Program-made: the position numbers and the translations under genes
The notes under the pieces: generated by a model
Database searches by the model: none
Told to the model about the DNA's origin: nothing
Seen by the model: only the letters and a program-made list of their open reading frames with translations
Assembly: GCA_963737835.1 (NCBI GenBank)
Contig: CAVTUH010000001.1
Coordinates: forward strand, 2,914,022-2,978,021
Direction: 5' to 3'
DNA length: 64,000 nucleotides
DNA from: an uncultured Gemmatimonadales bacterium
GTDB taxonomy: Bacteria; Gemmatimonadota; Gemmatimonadetes; Gemmatimonadales; Gemmatimonadaceae
In this document: piece after piece, positions 1 to 9,570 of the stretch
Numbering within the stretch: the first letter of the stretch is position 1
How the letters are laid out: each line of letters opens with the position of its first letter

Positions 1-333
1 GTCCAGAGCGTGCGCTTGACCCCACGTTCCGTGATCTCGAGCGTGCGCGGTGCGTCGCTCCCCCTCGGCACCACCACAACCGTCCAACTGCGACCCGCCA
101 TCGCGAGCCCTCCGATCAACGGAATCCCCACCGGGCATGGAACGCCAAAAAAACCAAGCCGCGCTTGGCGAGCCGTGGCACGGTCGCCACGCCCCGCGGG
201 GATACGATGGGAGTCAGGCCCGCCGGCTCCCGTCTTGGTCCGAGACGGGATGGGTAGAAAGTGACGGTTATGACCAAAGGCGAAATGGCGGGGTCAGGGG
301 CCAGGTCTGGGAACGCCTATGATGCCTGAGGAC

Positions 334-368
334 CGGCGGGTAGGGGCGACGCAATGCGTCGCCCGCCG
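334..368. repeat. Copy of 38-bp palindromic REP-like element (right arm degenerate)
   Basis: ccggcgggtaggggcgacgcaatgcgtcgcccgccg matches the family consensus GGCGGGTAGGGGCGACGCA/TGCGTCGCCCCTACCCGCC seen in at least 9 places in the window. Confidence 0.7.
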
Positions 369-440
369 TTTGGCGCAACCGGGCATGGTTCCGCCGCGTG
401 GTGCCGGGGCCGCCGAATCGGGCGTCGTCCGCCGGACCGC

Positions 441-473
441 AGGGCGACGCATGGCGTCGCCCCTACCCGCCGG
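441..473. repeat. Partial copy of palindromic REP-like element
   Basis: agggcgacgcatggcgtcgcccctacccgccgg; lies in the intergenic region downstream of metG. Confidence 0.65.
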
Positions 474-504
474 ATGGCAAGTACCGTTGTAGTGCCCGGA
501 CCTC

Positions 505-2052
505 TCAAGCCGTCGTTTGGTCCTTCGGAAACAACGGCTCTCCTCTCACCACCTTCCACCCCGTGGGATCGAGGGGCGCGGCCAGCTCGCCCACGCGTTG
601 GTCGTGGACGGACCCGGGAGCGCCGAGCTGCCGCCAGACCTCCTCAGCGCGGTCGGGCATGAATGGCGCGAGGTGGATGGCCTGCCGCGCCAACTGTCGC
701 ACCAGCGTGGCCAGCACGGCGTCGAGCGCCGGCCGCTGCGCCGGATCCTTCGCCAACTTCCATGGCGCCTGGCGGTCGACGTACTCGTTGGCTCGCGCGA
801 CCGTGGTCCACACGTGTCGCAGCGCCTCGTGGAGCAGGTACCCGCGGCCACCGTCCATCGCTTGGCGATAGCGCTCATAGTCGGCGGAATCCGCTATATC
901 GACCTCATTTGGCCGGCCAGATCGGACAGTACCGCCACAGTATCGCTCTACCATCGCGACGGTCCTACTCAGCAGGTTGCCGAATGCATTGGCCAGGTCT
1001 GCCGTATATCGCTCGTCGAAACGCTCCCACGAGAATGCGCCGTCGGCGTCGAACGGGATCTCGCGCAGCATGAAGTAGCGGAACGCGTCCGGGCCGTGAC
1101 GATCGATGGCTTCCGCGAGCTCTACACGGACCCCCGCGGATTTGCTGAATCGCTCGCCGCTCGCCAGCGTCACGAAGCCATGGGCCCACACGCGCTCGGG
1201 CAGCGGCAGCTCGGCGGCGCGGAGCATCGCCGGCCAGATCACACAATGGAAACGGGTAATGTCCTTGCCGATCACGTGGAGCTGCGCCGGCCATCGCCTC
1301 TCGAAGCCCGCGTCGGGGAACCCGGTCGCGGTCAGATAGTTGGGGAGGGCGTCGAACCAGACATAGGTCGTTTGCGGCTCGCCGTCACCCGTAGGACGTG
1401 GGAAGGGGATGCCCCACCCAAGGCGTGCCCGGCTGGCTGAAATGTCCTCGAGCCCTCCATCGAGGAGAGCCAGAATCTCGTTGCGGCGGCTCTCAGGAGC
1501 CAGGAAGCTCGGATGCTCGGCGAAGTGCGTGCGGAGGAAGTCCGTGTAGCGACTGAGGCGGAAGAACCAGTTCCGCTCTTCGACCCACTCGAGCGTTCGG
1601 GTGGGGTGCAGCACGCAATGCCCGTCCGAGATCTCGGCCTCCGTCTTGAATGCCTCGCACCCAACGCAATACCACCCCGAGTAGGTCTTCTGATAGAAAT
1701 CGTCGGGCGATCGCTCAAAGATCCGCTCGATGAGCGACCGCACGCCCGCGCGGTGCTCGGCCGCCGTGGTCCGGATGAACTGATCGTTCGAGATGCGGAG
1801 TCGTTCCCACGTGGCGGAGAACACGTCGGCGACGCGGTCCGTGAGCGCCTGCGGCGAGAGCCCCTGGGCGGCGGCGGCCTGGGCCACCTTCTGCCCGTGC
1901 TCGTCCATGCCGATCAGGAAGTGCACGGCGTCGCCGCGGAGCCGGTGGTATCTCGCGATGGCGTCTGCGCCGATCTTCTCTATCGCATGACCGAGGTGCG
2001 GGTCGCCATTCGCATAATCGATCGCGGTGGTGATATAGAACGGTCGGTTCAC
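505..2052 (-). CDS. metG: Methionine--tRNA ligase
   Basis: 515-aa ORF. Class I aaRS HIGH motif (HLGH) near the N-terminus and a KMSKS-like RFSKSAG motif. Overall MetRS-like sequence. Confidence 0.93.
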   Translation of the reverse strand: MNRPFYITTAIDYANGDPHLGHAIEKIGADAIARYHRLRGDAVHFLIGMDEHGQKVAQAAAAQGLSPQALTDRVADVFSATWERLRISNDQFIRTTAAEHRAGVRSLIERIFERSPDDFYQKTYSGWYCVGCEAFKTEAEISDGHCVLHPTRTLEWVEERNWFFRLSRYTDFLRTHFAEHPSFLAPESRRNEILALLDGGLEDISASRARLGWGIPFPRPTGDGEPQTTYVWFDALPNYLTATGFPDAGFERRWPAQLHVIGKDITRFHCVIWPAMLRAAELPLPERVWAHGFVTLASGERFSKSAGVRVELAEAIDRHGPDAFRYFMLREIPFDADGAFSWERFDERYTADLANAFGNLLSRTVAMVERYCGGTVRSGRPNEVDIADSADYERYRQAMDGGRGYLLHEALRHVWTTVARANEYVDRQAPWKLAKDPAQRPALDAVLATLVRQLARQAIHLAPFMPDRAEEVWRQLGAPGSVHDQRVGELAAPLDPTGWKVVRGEPLFPKDQTTA

Positions 2053-3458
2053 GACGTGCCCGGCGGCGGCGACGGCGGTGGACCGCCAGACGTGCCAGGC
2101 GAGCCGTCCGGCTGGTTCTGACCGTCGGGCGCGGGCGAGGCATTGCCGTTCCCACCCCCCTTCCCACGCCCGCGACGACCGCCGCGACGTCCTCGCCGTC
2201 GGCGCGGGGCACTACCCGCCGCAGCTGGCTCGCCAGGTTGGCCGGATGTTTGCGCCGCCGACCCGGGCGAGGGCGCATCCGACGCCGCCGCTTGAGTGGC
2301 CGCTGGAGTGCGAGGATCGGGCGCCGCCGGCGTCTCGCGACTCTCGCCTCGACGATCGCCACGGGCGCGCGACCGCGGCGTCCAGTCACCGCGGCCGACG
2401 CCTTCGGGGCCAGCGGCCCGGGAGCTCGCGCGTTGCGGGCCCGTCTCGCCGGTTGCACGCCGATCAGCGACGGCGGTGTCTTCGACCTCGAGATCGAGGG
2501 TGTCGACGCTCTGGTATGACTCGGTCACCTCGCTGACGAGCTCCGATTCCAACTCACTCGACTCGACTGATGCCGCGGCCTGGTCGGCCGAATCCGCTGC
2601 TGATGTCTCGGTGCCGGCGAGTGGCTGTCCGGCAGCGCCGAGCTCGCGCCGCAGCTGGGCGAGGGGGATGACCCGGCTCTCTCCGTCCGCAGAGCGAAGG
2701 GTGACCCGTTCATTGAAAATCTCGTTGGCGACGACTTTTTCCTCGCCGCGGGCCGTGACCAGGGTCCTCCCCTCCTTGGGAAATCGCTTGCGACTCTCGA
2801 CGTAGAGCTCGTGCTCATAGCGCAGACAACACATGAGTCGCCCACAGGCGCCGGAGATCTGCGAGGGGTTGAGCGAGAGGTGCTGATCCTTGGCTACGCC
2901 GAGATTGACCGGGCGAAGCTCGGGGAGCCATGACGCAGAGCAAAACTGCCGGCCACAGCGTCCAACGCCGTCCAGTCGCTTCGCCTCATCTCGCACGCCG
3001 ATTTGCTTCAACTCGATCCGCGCGCGGAAAGTCGCGGCGAGGTCCCGGACCAGATCCCGGAAGTCGACGCGTTTGTCGGCGGTGAAGTAGAAGGTGAGCT
3101 TCTTGCGATCCCACTGCCATTCGGCGTCGGACAGCTTCATTACGAGGCCATGCGTCTTGACCAGCCCCGCGGCTTTTTGACGGGCGGTCTCGTCTTGCGC
3201 CCGGACCTCCCGATGCTGCCGGAGTTCGCGGGTCGACGCGACACGCAGCGCCTTACGGGTTGGCTCGCCCGAGCCCAGCCCGTGTGAGCACCCTACGCAG
3301 CGTTTTTGCGCGTGGTCGCCCACCGCGTGCACGACGCCCAGGTCTTCACCGCGGTCTGCTTCGACAATGATCGAGGCACGGACCGCCGGTGGCTCCTCGC
3401 CATCCCAGCCGTAGAACTCTTTGCGATTGCCTTTGAATGCGACTTCAATCAAATGCAT
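2049..3458 (-). CDS. PSP1 C-terminal domain protein (RicT/YaaT-like) with a long disordered acidic then R/G-rich C-terminal tail
   Basis: N-terminal ~275 aa match the PSP1/YaaT family (cysteine cluster CxxC...CC). The last ~190 aa are low complexity (S/E-rich, then RRRRGRRGGRRGRGKGGG). The stop overlaps the metG start by 4 nt. Confidence 0.8.
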   Translation of the reverse strand: MHLIEVAFKGNRKEFYGWDGEEPPAVRASIIVEADRGEDLGVVHAVGDHAQKRCVGCSHGLGSGEPTRKALRVASTRELRQHREVRAQDETARQKAAGLVKTHGLVMKLSDAEWQWDRKKLTFYFTADKRVDFRDLVRDLAATFRARIELKQIGVRDEAKRLDGVGRCGRQFCSASWLPELRPVNLGVAKDQHLSLNPSQISGACGRLMCCLRYEHELYVESRKRFPKEGRTLVTARGEEKVVANEIFNERVTLRSADGESRVIPLAQLRRELGAAGQPLAGTETSAADSADQAAASVESSELESELVSEVTESYQSVDTLDLEVEDTAVADRRATGETGPQRASSRAAGPEGVGRGDWTPRSRARGDRRGESRETPAAPDPRTPAATQAAASDAPSPGSAAQTSGQPGEPAAAGSAPRRRRGRRGGRRGRGKGGGNGNASPAPDGQNQPDGSPGTSGGPPPSPPPGTS

Positions 3459-3463
3459 AAAAG

Positions 3464-3581
3464 CCAGGGATCAGGGGTCGGGTGTCAGGGGTCAGGGAAC
3501 GAACCGCGACGGCCAGTGGTGGTAACGGGCGACTGGCCTCAGGTGCAGTTCCCTGATCCCTGACCCCTGATCCCTGATCCC
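3464..3581. repeat. Composite hairpin element: (GGGRTCA)n arm, GC-rich central stem-loop, (TGAYCCC)n arm
   Basis: Left arm ccagggatcaggggtcgggtgtcaggggtcagggaac. Central ggccagt...actggcc stem. Right arm gttccctgatccctgacccctgatccctgatccc. It fills the accA-stop to yaaT-start gap exactly. Confidence 0.8.
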
Positions 3582-3614
3582 GCCGTTAGGCCCTACTTAG
3601 AGGAGTTGCCCCAT

Positions 3615-4586
3615 CTATTCAGAAAATTGCCCCATTCTAAAATACTTCTCGCGGCGGCGGCGGACGAGTTTGTCGGGCTTGAGGTGTCTCAAGTCGTCCA
3701 GGTTCCGGATGAGCGCCTGTTGAAGCGTCTTGGACATGACCTCATGGTCGGCCTGGGCTCCGCCGGCGGGCTCGGGCACGATCTCATCGACCACCCGCAA
3801 CTCGAGCAAGTCCTGCGCGGTGATATGTAGGGCCGAGGCCGCCTTTTCGCGCATCTCAGGACTCTTGCCGTCCTTCCATAGAATGATCGCGCAGCCTTCG
3901 ACGGTGATGACGGAATAGACGGCGTTCTCGAGCATGAGCACCCGATCGCCGACGCCCAGCGCGAGGGCGCCGCCCGATCCGCCCTCGCCGATGACCGTCG
4001 CGATGATCGGCACCTCGAGCCGGCTCATCTCATACAGGTTGCGTGCAATCGCCTCTGACTGGCCTCGCTCTTCGGCGCCCAATCCGGCCCACGCCCCTTG
4101 CGTGTCAATGAAGGTGATCACGGGCACGTGGAACTTCTCGGCCATTTTCAGCAGGCGCAGCGCCTTCCGGTAGCCCTCCGGGTGGGGCATGCCGAAGTTG
4201 CGGTGCAGGTTCTCCTTGGCATCGCGGCCCCGCTGGTGCCCGATCACCATGACCGTCTCGCCGTCGAGACGCGCCCAGCCGCCGATGATAGCTGCGTCAT
4301 CGCGGAACGCGCGGTCGCCGTGCAGCTCGATGAAGTCGGTGAGAGCGAGGCGGATGTAGTCGAGCGTGAACGGTCGCCTGCTGCTTCGCGCGACCTGCAC
4401 ACGCTGGAATGGCGTCAGGTTACGGTAGATCTCGGATCGCAGCTCGGTGAGCTTGCGCTCCAGCGGTGCGATTTCGTCGCTCACGTGCAACTGCTGATCA
4501 CCGGCCATCTTCTTCAACTCGTCGATCTGTCGCTCCAGCTCGACGATGGGACGCTCAAATTCGAGGGTGTTGGCGGATGTAGCCAT
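3615..4586 (-). CDS. accA: Acetyl-CoA carboxylase carboxyltransferase alpha subunit
   Basis: 323 aa, full-length AccA-like sequence (…IGEGGSGGALALGVGDRVLMLENAVYSVI…). Confidence 0.93.
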   Translation of the reverse strand: MATSANTLEFERPIVELERQIDELKKMAGDQQLHVSDEIAPLERKLTELRSEIYRNLTPFQRVQVARSSRRPFTLDYIRLALTDFIELHGDRAFRDDAAIIGGWARLDGETVMVIGHQRGRDAKENLHRNFGMPHPEGYRKALRLLKMAEKFHVPVITFIDTQGAWAGLGAEERGQSEAIARNLYEMSRLEVPIIATVIGEGGSGGALALGVGDRVLMLENAVYSVITVEGCAIILWKDGKSPEMREKAASALHITAQDLLELRVVDEIVPEPAGGAQADHEVMSKTLQQALIRNLDDLRHLKPDKLVRRRREKYFRMGQFSE

Positions 4587-4671
4587 ATGGCCTGTCGTTC
4601 AGGACGCGCGAACGACGCGCAACCCGAAGGGCCGTGCGAACGTGGTTCGCCAACGGCGAACGCCAACCATT

Positions 4672-4701
4672 ACAAGTGGCAAATCGACAAGTGGCAAATC
4701 G
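4672..4701. promoter_or_regulatory. Perfect 15-nt tandem direct repeat (ACAAGTGGCAAATCG x2) in the accA upstream region
   Basis: Two exact adjacent copies between the dnaE stop (4711) and the accA start (4586). This is a candidate operator or regulator binding site. Confidence 0.3.
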
Positions 4702-4710
4702 CTCACGGCA

Positions 4711-7700
4711 TCAATTCGCACGCACGAGGCGTACGCGCTCGGAGCCCAGGAGCGCCCGGAGATCATTGAGGGCTGCCGGTGATGCGCTGACGGCTGCGGA
4801 ACTCGAACGGAATCGGACCCGCATCCCATTGCCATTGCTCCACCTCACCTCCAGCGGTGCGGAGCCAGGATAGGCTTCGGCGACCGCGCGAACATCGACC
4901 ATCACGTGCGGAGACAGCGCGGGACCGGTCATGGTCGGGTCGAGGTCAATGGCCACGACGACGCGACCGTTTGTGCGCAGCTCGGCCAGCTTCGTTATCG
5001 CTTCGACAATGAAAGTTGGATTGTCGCCTCCCTGATCGCGTCTCGAATACCCGCCCTCGAGCAGGACTGGTACCTCCGGCCGGACCCGATCGGACAGCGC
5101 CGCCCAGGCCTCCGGAAACACTAGTACCTCGGAAGATCCTGAAAAATCCTCTACTGTCAACCGGGCAAACTCAGCTCCTGACCGCTTGCTAACCTGGCGT
5201 TTGATCGCGGTTACGACCACTGCCAGCTTGAGAGGGCCGTTGACCCAGTTGCCGAGCTGGGCGACGGTGTGGGTCGCGAACAACTCGGCCTCCGTCCGGA
5301 AGGGCTCGAGGGGATGCCCGGACGCGTAGAATCCGAGGGCGTCCTTTTCCCTGGCCAGCCGCTCCGTTTCCGGCAGCGGGGCCATTGAGGGTAGGGTGGG
5401 AGCCGAGCGTTCAGCTGTTGAGCTCGCTTGGTCATCGGCGGGCGGGGCGCCAAACAGCGAACCTTGGCCCGTGGTCGCCTCATGCTGGCGGAGAGCAGCC
5501 TCTTGCAGGGCGTGCTCGAGGACGGCGAGATATTGCGCGCGGTGTCCACCGAGCGAGTCGAGGGCGCCGGCATGGACCAGGGCCTCAAAGACTCGTTTGT
5601 TGCACATGCGCAGGTCGACGCGCGCGCACAGGTCGAACAGTGAGGTGAACGGTGTGACCGTCCGGGCGGCGACGATCGATTCGATCGCGGCGCGCCCGAC
5701 GTTGCGAATCGCGCCGAGTCCGAAGCGCAACCGGCGCTCGCCAACGACGGTGAAGCGATAGCCCGACTCGTTGACGTCCGGTGGCAGGACCTCGAGTCCA
5801 ACCTCGCGGGCTTCATTGATGTACTTGACGACCGCGTCCGTGTCGCCGATCTGCGACGAGAGCAGCGCCGCCATGAAGTCGGCGGGATAGTGCGTCTTGA
5901 GCCACGCGGTCTGGTACGAAAGAATGGAGTACGCGACGCTGTGCGAGAGGTTGAAGCCATAGCGTCCGAACGTCTCGATCTGCGCCGCGATTTCCGTGAT
6001 GACGGGACGCGGATACCCTCGGCCGACGGCCTTCTCGACAAACTTGCCAAGCTCCAAGCGGATCAGCTCGGGATCCTTTTTACCGACCGCCTTGCGCAGG
6101 ACGTCGGCTTCCGCGAGAGAAATGCCGGCCAGGACCTGGGCGATTCGCATCACCTGTTCCTGATACGTGATCACGCCGAGCGTGCTCTCGAGGATGGGCC
6201 CGAGCTCCGGCAGCGGATACGAGACCGGCTCCTCTCCGCGCTTGCGGCGCACGAAGACCCGGTGCATGCCGGTATCGAGCGGACCTGGGCGCATGAGTGC
6301 GTTGGAGGCCACGAGGTCGTCGAACCGGTCGCATCGCATGCTGCGCAACAGATCGGTTGCAAGTGGCGACTCGAATTGGAAGACGCCTCCGGTCCGGCCG
6401 CTGCGGAGCATCCGGTATGTGGCGTCGTCGTCGAGTGGCAACCCGTCGAGATCGATGCGCGTGCCCGCACGCGCGTGAATCGATGCCACCGCGTCAGAGA
6501 GGACCGTCAGCGTCGTCAAGCCGAGGAAGTCCATCTTGAGCAGGCCCGCTTTCTCCAGCGCGTTCATATCGTACTGCGTCACGACGACCGTCTCGTCGTC
6601 GGACGACGCTGGCGCTGGCCGACCGGGCGACGCGCTCGTCGCCCCTACAAATCGCGGCGTAGTGCCGGCACCCTTGGTGGTCGTCGTGAAGACGGGCACG
6701 TAATCGTCGAGGGGGCCCGGCGCGATGACGATGCCAGCTGCGTGGACGCCCGAGTGGCGCGCCAGCCCCTCGAGCGCCATGGCGTAGTCGAGCAGCTGCC
6801 GGTACCGCTCATCGCCTTCGTACAGACGGCGGATCTCGGAGATCTGCTCGGTCGCCTCCCGGATCGTCAGCGAGTAATTGGGCTGATTGGGGACGAGCTT
6901 CGCGAGCGCGTCGGTCTCGGCTGGCGTAAAGCCCAGCGTCCGACCGACGTCCTTGATCACCGCGCGGGATTTGAGTGTCCCGAACGTGACGATCTGTCCC
7001 ACCGAATCGCGCCCGTACTTCTGCCGGACATACTCGATCACCTCACCGCGCCGCTCGAAGCAGAAGTCGACGTCGATGTCCGGCATCGAAATCCGTTCGG
7101 GATTGAGAAATCGCTCGAAGAGGAGCCCGAACTTGAGAGGACAGATATTGGTGATGCGAAGCGCATACGCGACGAGCGAACCGGCAGCCGATCCGCGGCC
7201 CGGCCCAACGGGGATCCCCTGGTCGCGCGCGGCCTTGATGAAGTCGGCGACAATCAGGAAGTAACCGGCGTAGCCCGTTTTGGTGATTACACCGAGTTCA
7301 TACTCCAGTCGCTCGCGGACCGCATCTGGCAGCGGATCTCCGTAGCGGTTTGTCGCGCCCTCGGTCGCCAGTTGCACGAGCAGCGCGTTCTCGGACTCGA
7401 CGCCGCTGGGCAGCGGGAAGGAGGGGACGCGGTAGGTTTTGGAGAAGGGGATGTCGACCCGGTCCGCGATCTCGAGGGTGTGCGAGAGGACCTCGGGATG
7501 GTCTGGGAAGTGGGCGGCGATCTCGCCGGCGCTCTTGAAGTACAGCCCGCGATCGTACCGCATGCGGTCCGCGTCGGCGCGATCCTTTCCGAGGCCGATG
7601 CACAGGAGGACGTCGTGGGCGTCGTGGTCCTCGCGGCGAAGGAAATGCGCGTCGTTCGTCGCGATGACGGGGAGCCCCAGCTCCGCGGCGAGGCGGAAGA

Positions 7701-8268
7701 CCTGTTCATTGAGCTCGCGTTGGCCCGGCGAGTCGTGTGCCTGGACCTCGAGGTAGTAGCGACCTGGAAATGCGTTGGCGTACCAGGCCGCCGCCTCCTG
7801 GGCGGCGTCGTACTCGCGCGCCAGCAGATGGACCGCGACCTCGCCGGCCATGCAGGCCGACGAGATGATGAGCCCCTCGCCGAACTTCGTGAGCAGTTCC
7901 CGGTCGACTCGTGGCCTGGTGTAGAAGCCCTCGAGGTACCCGAGCGATGAAAGCTTGACGAGGTTCTGGTAGCCGACGGCGTTTTGTGCCAGGACGACGA
8001 GATGGAAGTACGGCTTGGCGCCGGGAAGGGGCCGTTGGCGGGCCCGCCGGTCGCCAGGCGCCACGTACGCCTCCATCCCGATGATGGGCTTGAGCTTGGC
8101 CTTCTTGGCTCTTTCCTGGAACTCCCAGGCCGCGTGCATGTTACCGTGATCGGTGATCGCGAGCGCGGGCTGCTCGAACTCCAGAGCCCGCTCGATCAGG
8201 TCATCGATCCGGTTGGCGCCGTCGAGGAGGGAATACTCCGAGTGACAATGGAGATGGACGAATCCCAT
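4711..8268 (-). CDS. dnaE: DNA polymerase III alpha subunit
   Basis: 1185 aa. N-terminal PHP domain (HLHCHSEYSLLDG) and pol III alpha core. Single intact frame. Confidence 0.95.
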   Translation of the reverse strand: MGFVHLHCHSEYSLLDGANRIDDLIERALEFEQPALAITDHGNMHAAWEFQERAKKAKLKPIIGMEAYVAPGDRRARQRPLPGAKPYFHLVVLAQNAVGYQNLVKLSSLGYLEGFYTRPRVDRELLTKFGEGLIISSACMAGEVAVHLLAREYDAAQEAAAWYANAFPGRYYLEVQAHDSPGQRELNEQVFRLAAELGLPVIATNDAHFLRREDHDAHDVLLCIGLGKDRADADRMRYDRGLYFKSAGEIAAHFPDHPEVLSHTLEIADRVDIPFSKTYRVPSFPLPSGVESENALLVQLATEGATNRYGDPLPDAVRERLEYELGVITKTGYAGYFLIVADFIKAARDQGIPVGPGRGSAAGSLVAYALRITNICPLKFGLLFERFLNPERISMPDIDVDFCFERRGEVIEYVRQKYGRDSVGQIVTFGTLKSRAVIKDVGRTLGFTPAETDALAKLVPNQPNYSLTIREATEQISEIRRLYEGDERYRQLLDYAMALEGLARHSGVHAAGIVIAPGPLDDYVPVFTTTTKGAGTTPRFVGATSASPGRPAPASSDDETVVVTQYDMNALEKAGLLKMDFLGLTTLTVLSDAVASIHARAGTRIDLDGLPLDDDATYRMLRSGRTGGVFQFESPLATDLLRSMRCDRFDDLVASNALMRPGPLDTGMHRVFVRRKRGEEPVSYPLPELGPILESTLGVITYQEQVMRIAQVLAGISLAEADVLRKAVGKKDPELIRLELGKFVEKAVGRGYPRPVITEIAAQIETFGRYGFNLSHSVAYSILSYQTAWLKTHYPADFMAALLSSQIGDTDAVVKYINEAREVGLEVLPPDVNESGYRFTVVGERRLRFGLGAIRNVGRAAIESIVAARTVTPFTSLFDLCARVDLRMCNKRVFEALVHAGALDSLGGHRAQYLAVLEHALQEAALRQHEATTGQGSLFGAPPADDQASSTAERSAPTLPSMAPLPETERLAREKDALGFYASGHPLEPFRTEAELFATHTVAQLGNWVNGPLKLAVVVTAIKRQVSKRSGAEFARLTVEDFSGSSEVLVFPEAWAALSDRVRPEVPVLLEGGYSRRDQGGDNPTFIVEAITKLAELRTNGRVVVAIDLDPTMTGPALSPHVMVDVRAVAEAYPGSAPLEVRWSNGNGMRVRFRSSSAAVSASPAALNDLRALLGSERVRLVRAN

Positions 8269-8398
8269 GGGGAAAGCAAATTAGCTGCCGCAACACAGAA
8301 AGTAGAGAGTAGACGACAACCCGACCGTGCATCTTCGCCTACTTTTGACTCTCTCTGGTTCCCGTTTTTCGAACGTCCTTGCGCCCGCGGGGGCAGTC

Positions 8399-9475
8399 AT
8401 GGGAGGTGACGCTTCGCAACGGCCGAACAGACGCAGCGGTCTCCGCGGCTGTGCGATCAGCGCCTCGATCTTGTTTGCTGTCGTTGCTGCTTCAATGGTC
8501 AGCCAGACGGCGCGCTATCTGGTTCGCGCGGCGTGGGCGGAGGCGCGCATCCTCACACGTCGCCGTCCGATCGATGCTGTCATCGCCGATCCGCGCACGT
8601 CGCCACACGTGCGGGCGCAGCTCGAACTCGTGCGCGCTGCGCGTGCGTTCGCCGCGGATTCGATTGGGTTGCGTGTCAAGGGCAGCTTCAGCACCTACAC
8701 GAAGCTGGAGCACGACACCCTCGTGCTCGTGCTCTCGGGCGCGTACCGCGATCGGCTGCTCCCGGTCACGTGGTGGTTCCCCATCGTCGGCCGAGTCCCC
8801 TACAAAGGGTTCTTCGACTTCCAGGCCGCGGTTCGCGCGGCGACCGATCTGCATCGCCTTGGGTTCGATGCCTATGTGCGACCCTCACCCGCGTTCAGCA
8901 CCCTCGGTTGGTTCGACGATCCGGTCGTCTCGACATCGCTGGGCGACGATTCCATTGAGCTGGCGAACACGGTCATTCACGAGACGACGCACAACACGTT
9001 CTACGCCAGCGGCCAGACCGTCTTCAACGAGTCGTTCGCGAATTTCGTCGGTGCACGTGGTGCCGAGCAGTTCTTCCGATCCCGCGGCGACACCGCACTG
9101 GAGCGGCAGGCCGCGGCGCGGTGGGCCAATGAGAAGACTCTGGGCGCGTTCTGGCAGCGGGTGTTCGATCAGCTGGATTCCGCGTTTCGGGCTCACCCCG
9201 GCGAGGACAGTGCATCACGCGCCATTCGGCTGGCTGCGCGCGAGGCGATATTTCGCCAAGCGCGTGACTCGCTCACGACGAGTCTCCCGCAGCGCATTCG
9301 CACGATTCCCGTCGAGGCGCTCGCACGCGCGCGCCTCGACAACGCAGCCCTACTGGCTCGCCGGGTATACCTGACGGACCTGGACCGATTCGACGCTGTG
9401 TACCATGCGTCGAATGACGACCTGCGTGTCGCGGTGCAGCGGATCATTGGCGATCGCGCGACACGGACGAGATGA
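8399..9475 (+). CDS. Predicted zinc aminopeptidase (COG4324-like), probably membrane-anchored or secreted
   Basis: HETTHNTFY (HExxH) motif and …FNESFANFVG… typical of the predicted-aminopeptidase family. Hydrophobic N-terminus. Start chosen at the internal ATG 8399; the ORF track begins at 8327. Confidence 0.6.
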   Translation: MGGDASQRPNRRSGLRGCAISASILFAVVAASMVSQTARYLVRAAWAEARILTRRRPIDAVIADPRTSPHVRAQLELVRAARAFAADSIGLRVKGSFSTYTKLEHDTLVLVLSGAYRDRLLPVTWWFPIVGRVPYKGFFDFQAAVRAATDLHRLGFDAYVRPSPAFSTLGWFDDPVVSTSLGDDSIELANTVIHETTHNTFYASGQTVFNESFANFVGARGAEQFFRSRGDTALERQAAARWANEKTLGAFWQRVFDQLDSAFRAHPGEDSASRAIRLAAREAIFRQARDSLTTSLPQRIRTIPVEALARARLDNAALLARRVYLTDLDRFDAVYHASNDDLRVAVQRIIGDRATRTR

Positions 9476-9570
9476 TCCGTTTGCGTGGTCTGCGGGAATG
9501 GGTGGGGAGTAAAACCGGGCCGGACCTGCAGCGTCGGGTCGGTGTCAGGCGACTGCCACGATGCGTGAGA

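Noticed and set aside
10-504. Short ORFs at the window start (10-264, 50-322, 317-559)
   Set aside because: They overlap palindromic repeat copies, have no domains, and show no consistent codon bias. The region is treated as the metG downstream intergenic/repeat region. A gene truncated at the window edge cannot be excluded.
5890-7950. 686-aa plus-strand ORF and many other long ORFs antisense to dnaE, the sensor kinase, pdh genes and others
   Set aside because: These are typical high-GC antisense artefacts. They have no recognisable domains, R/A/G/P-rich low-complexity translations, and fully overlap strongly conserved genes on the other strand.
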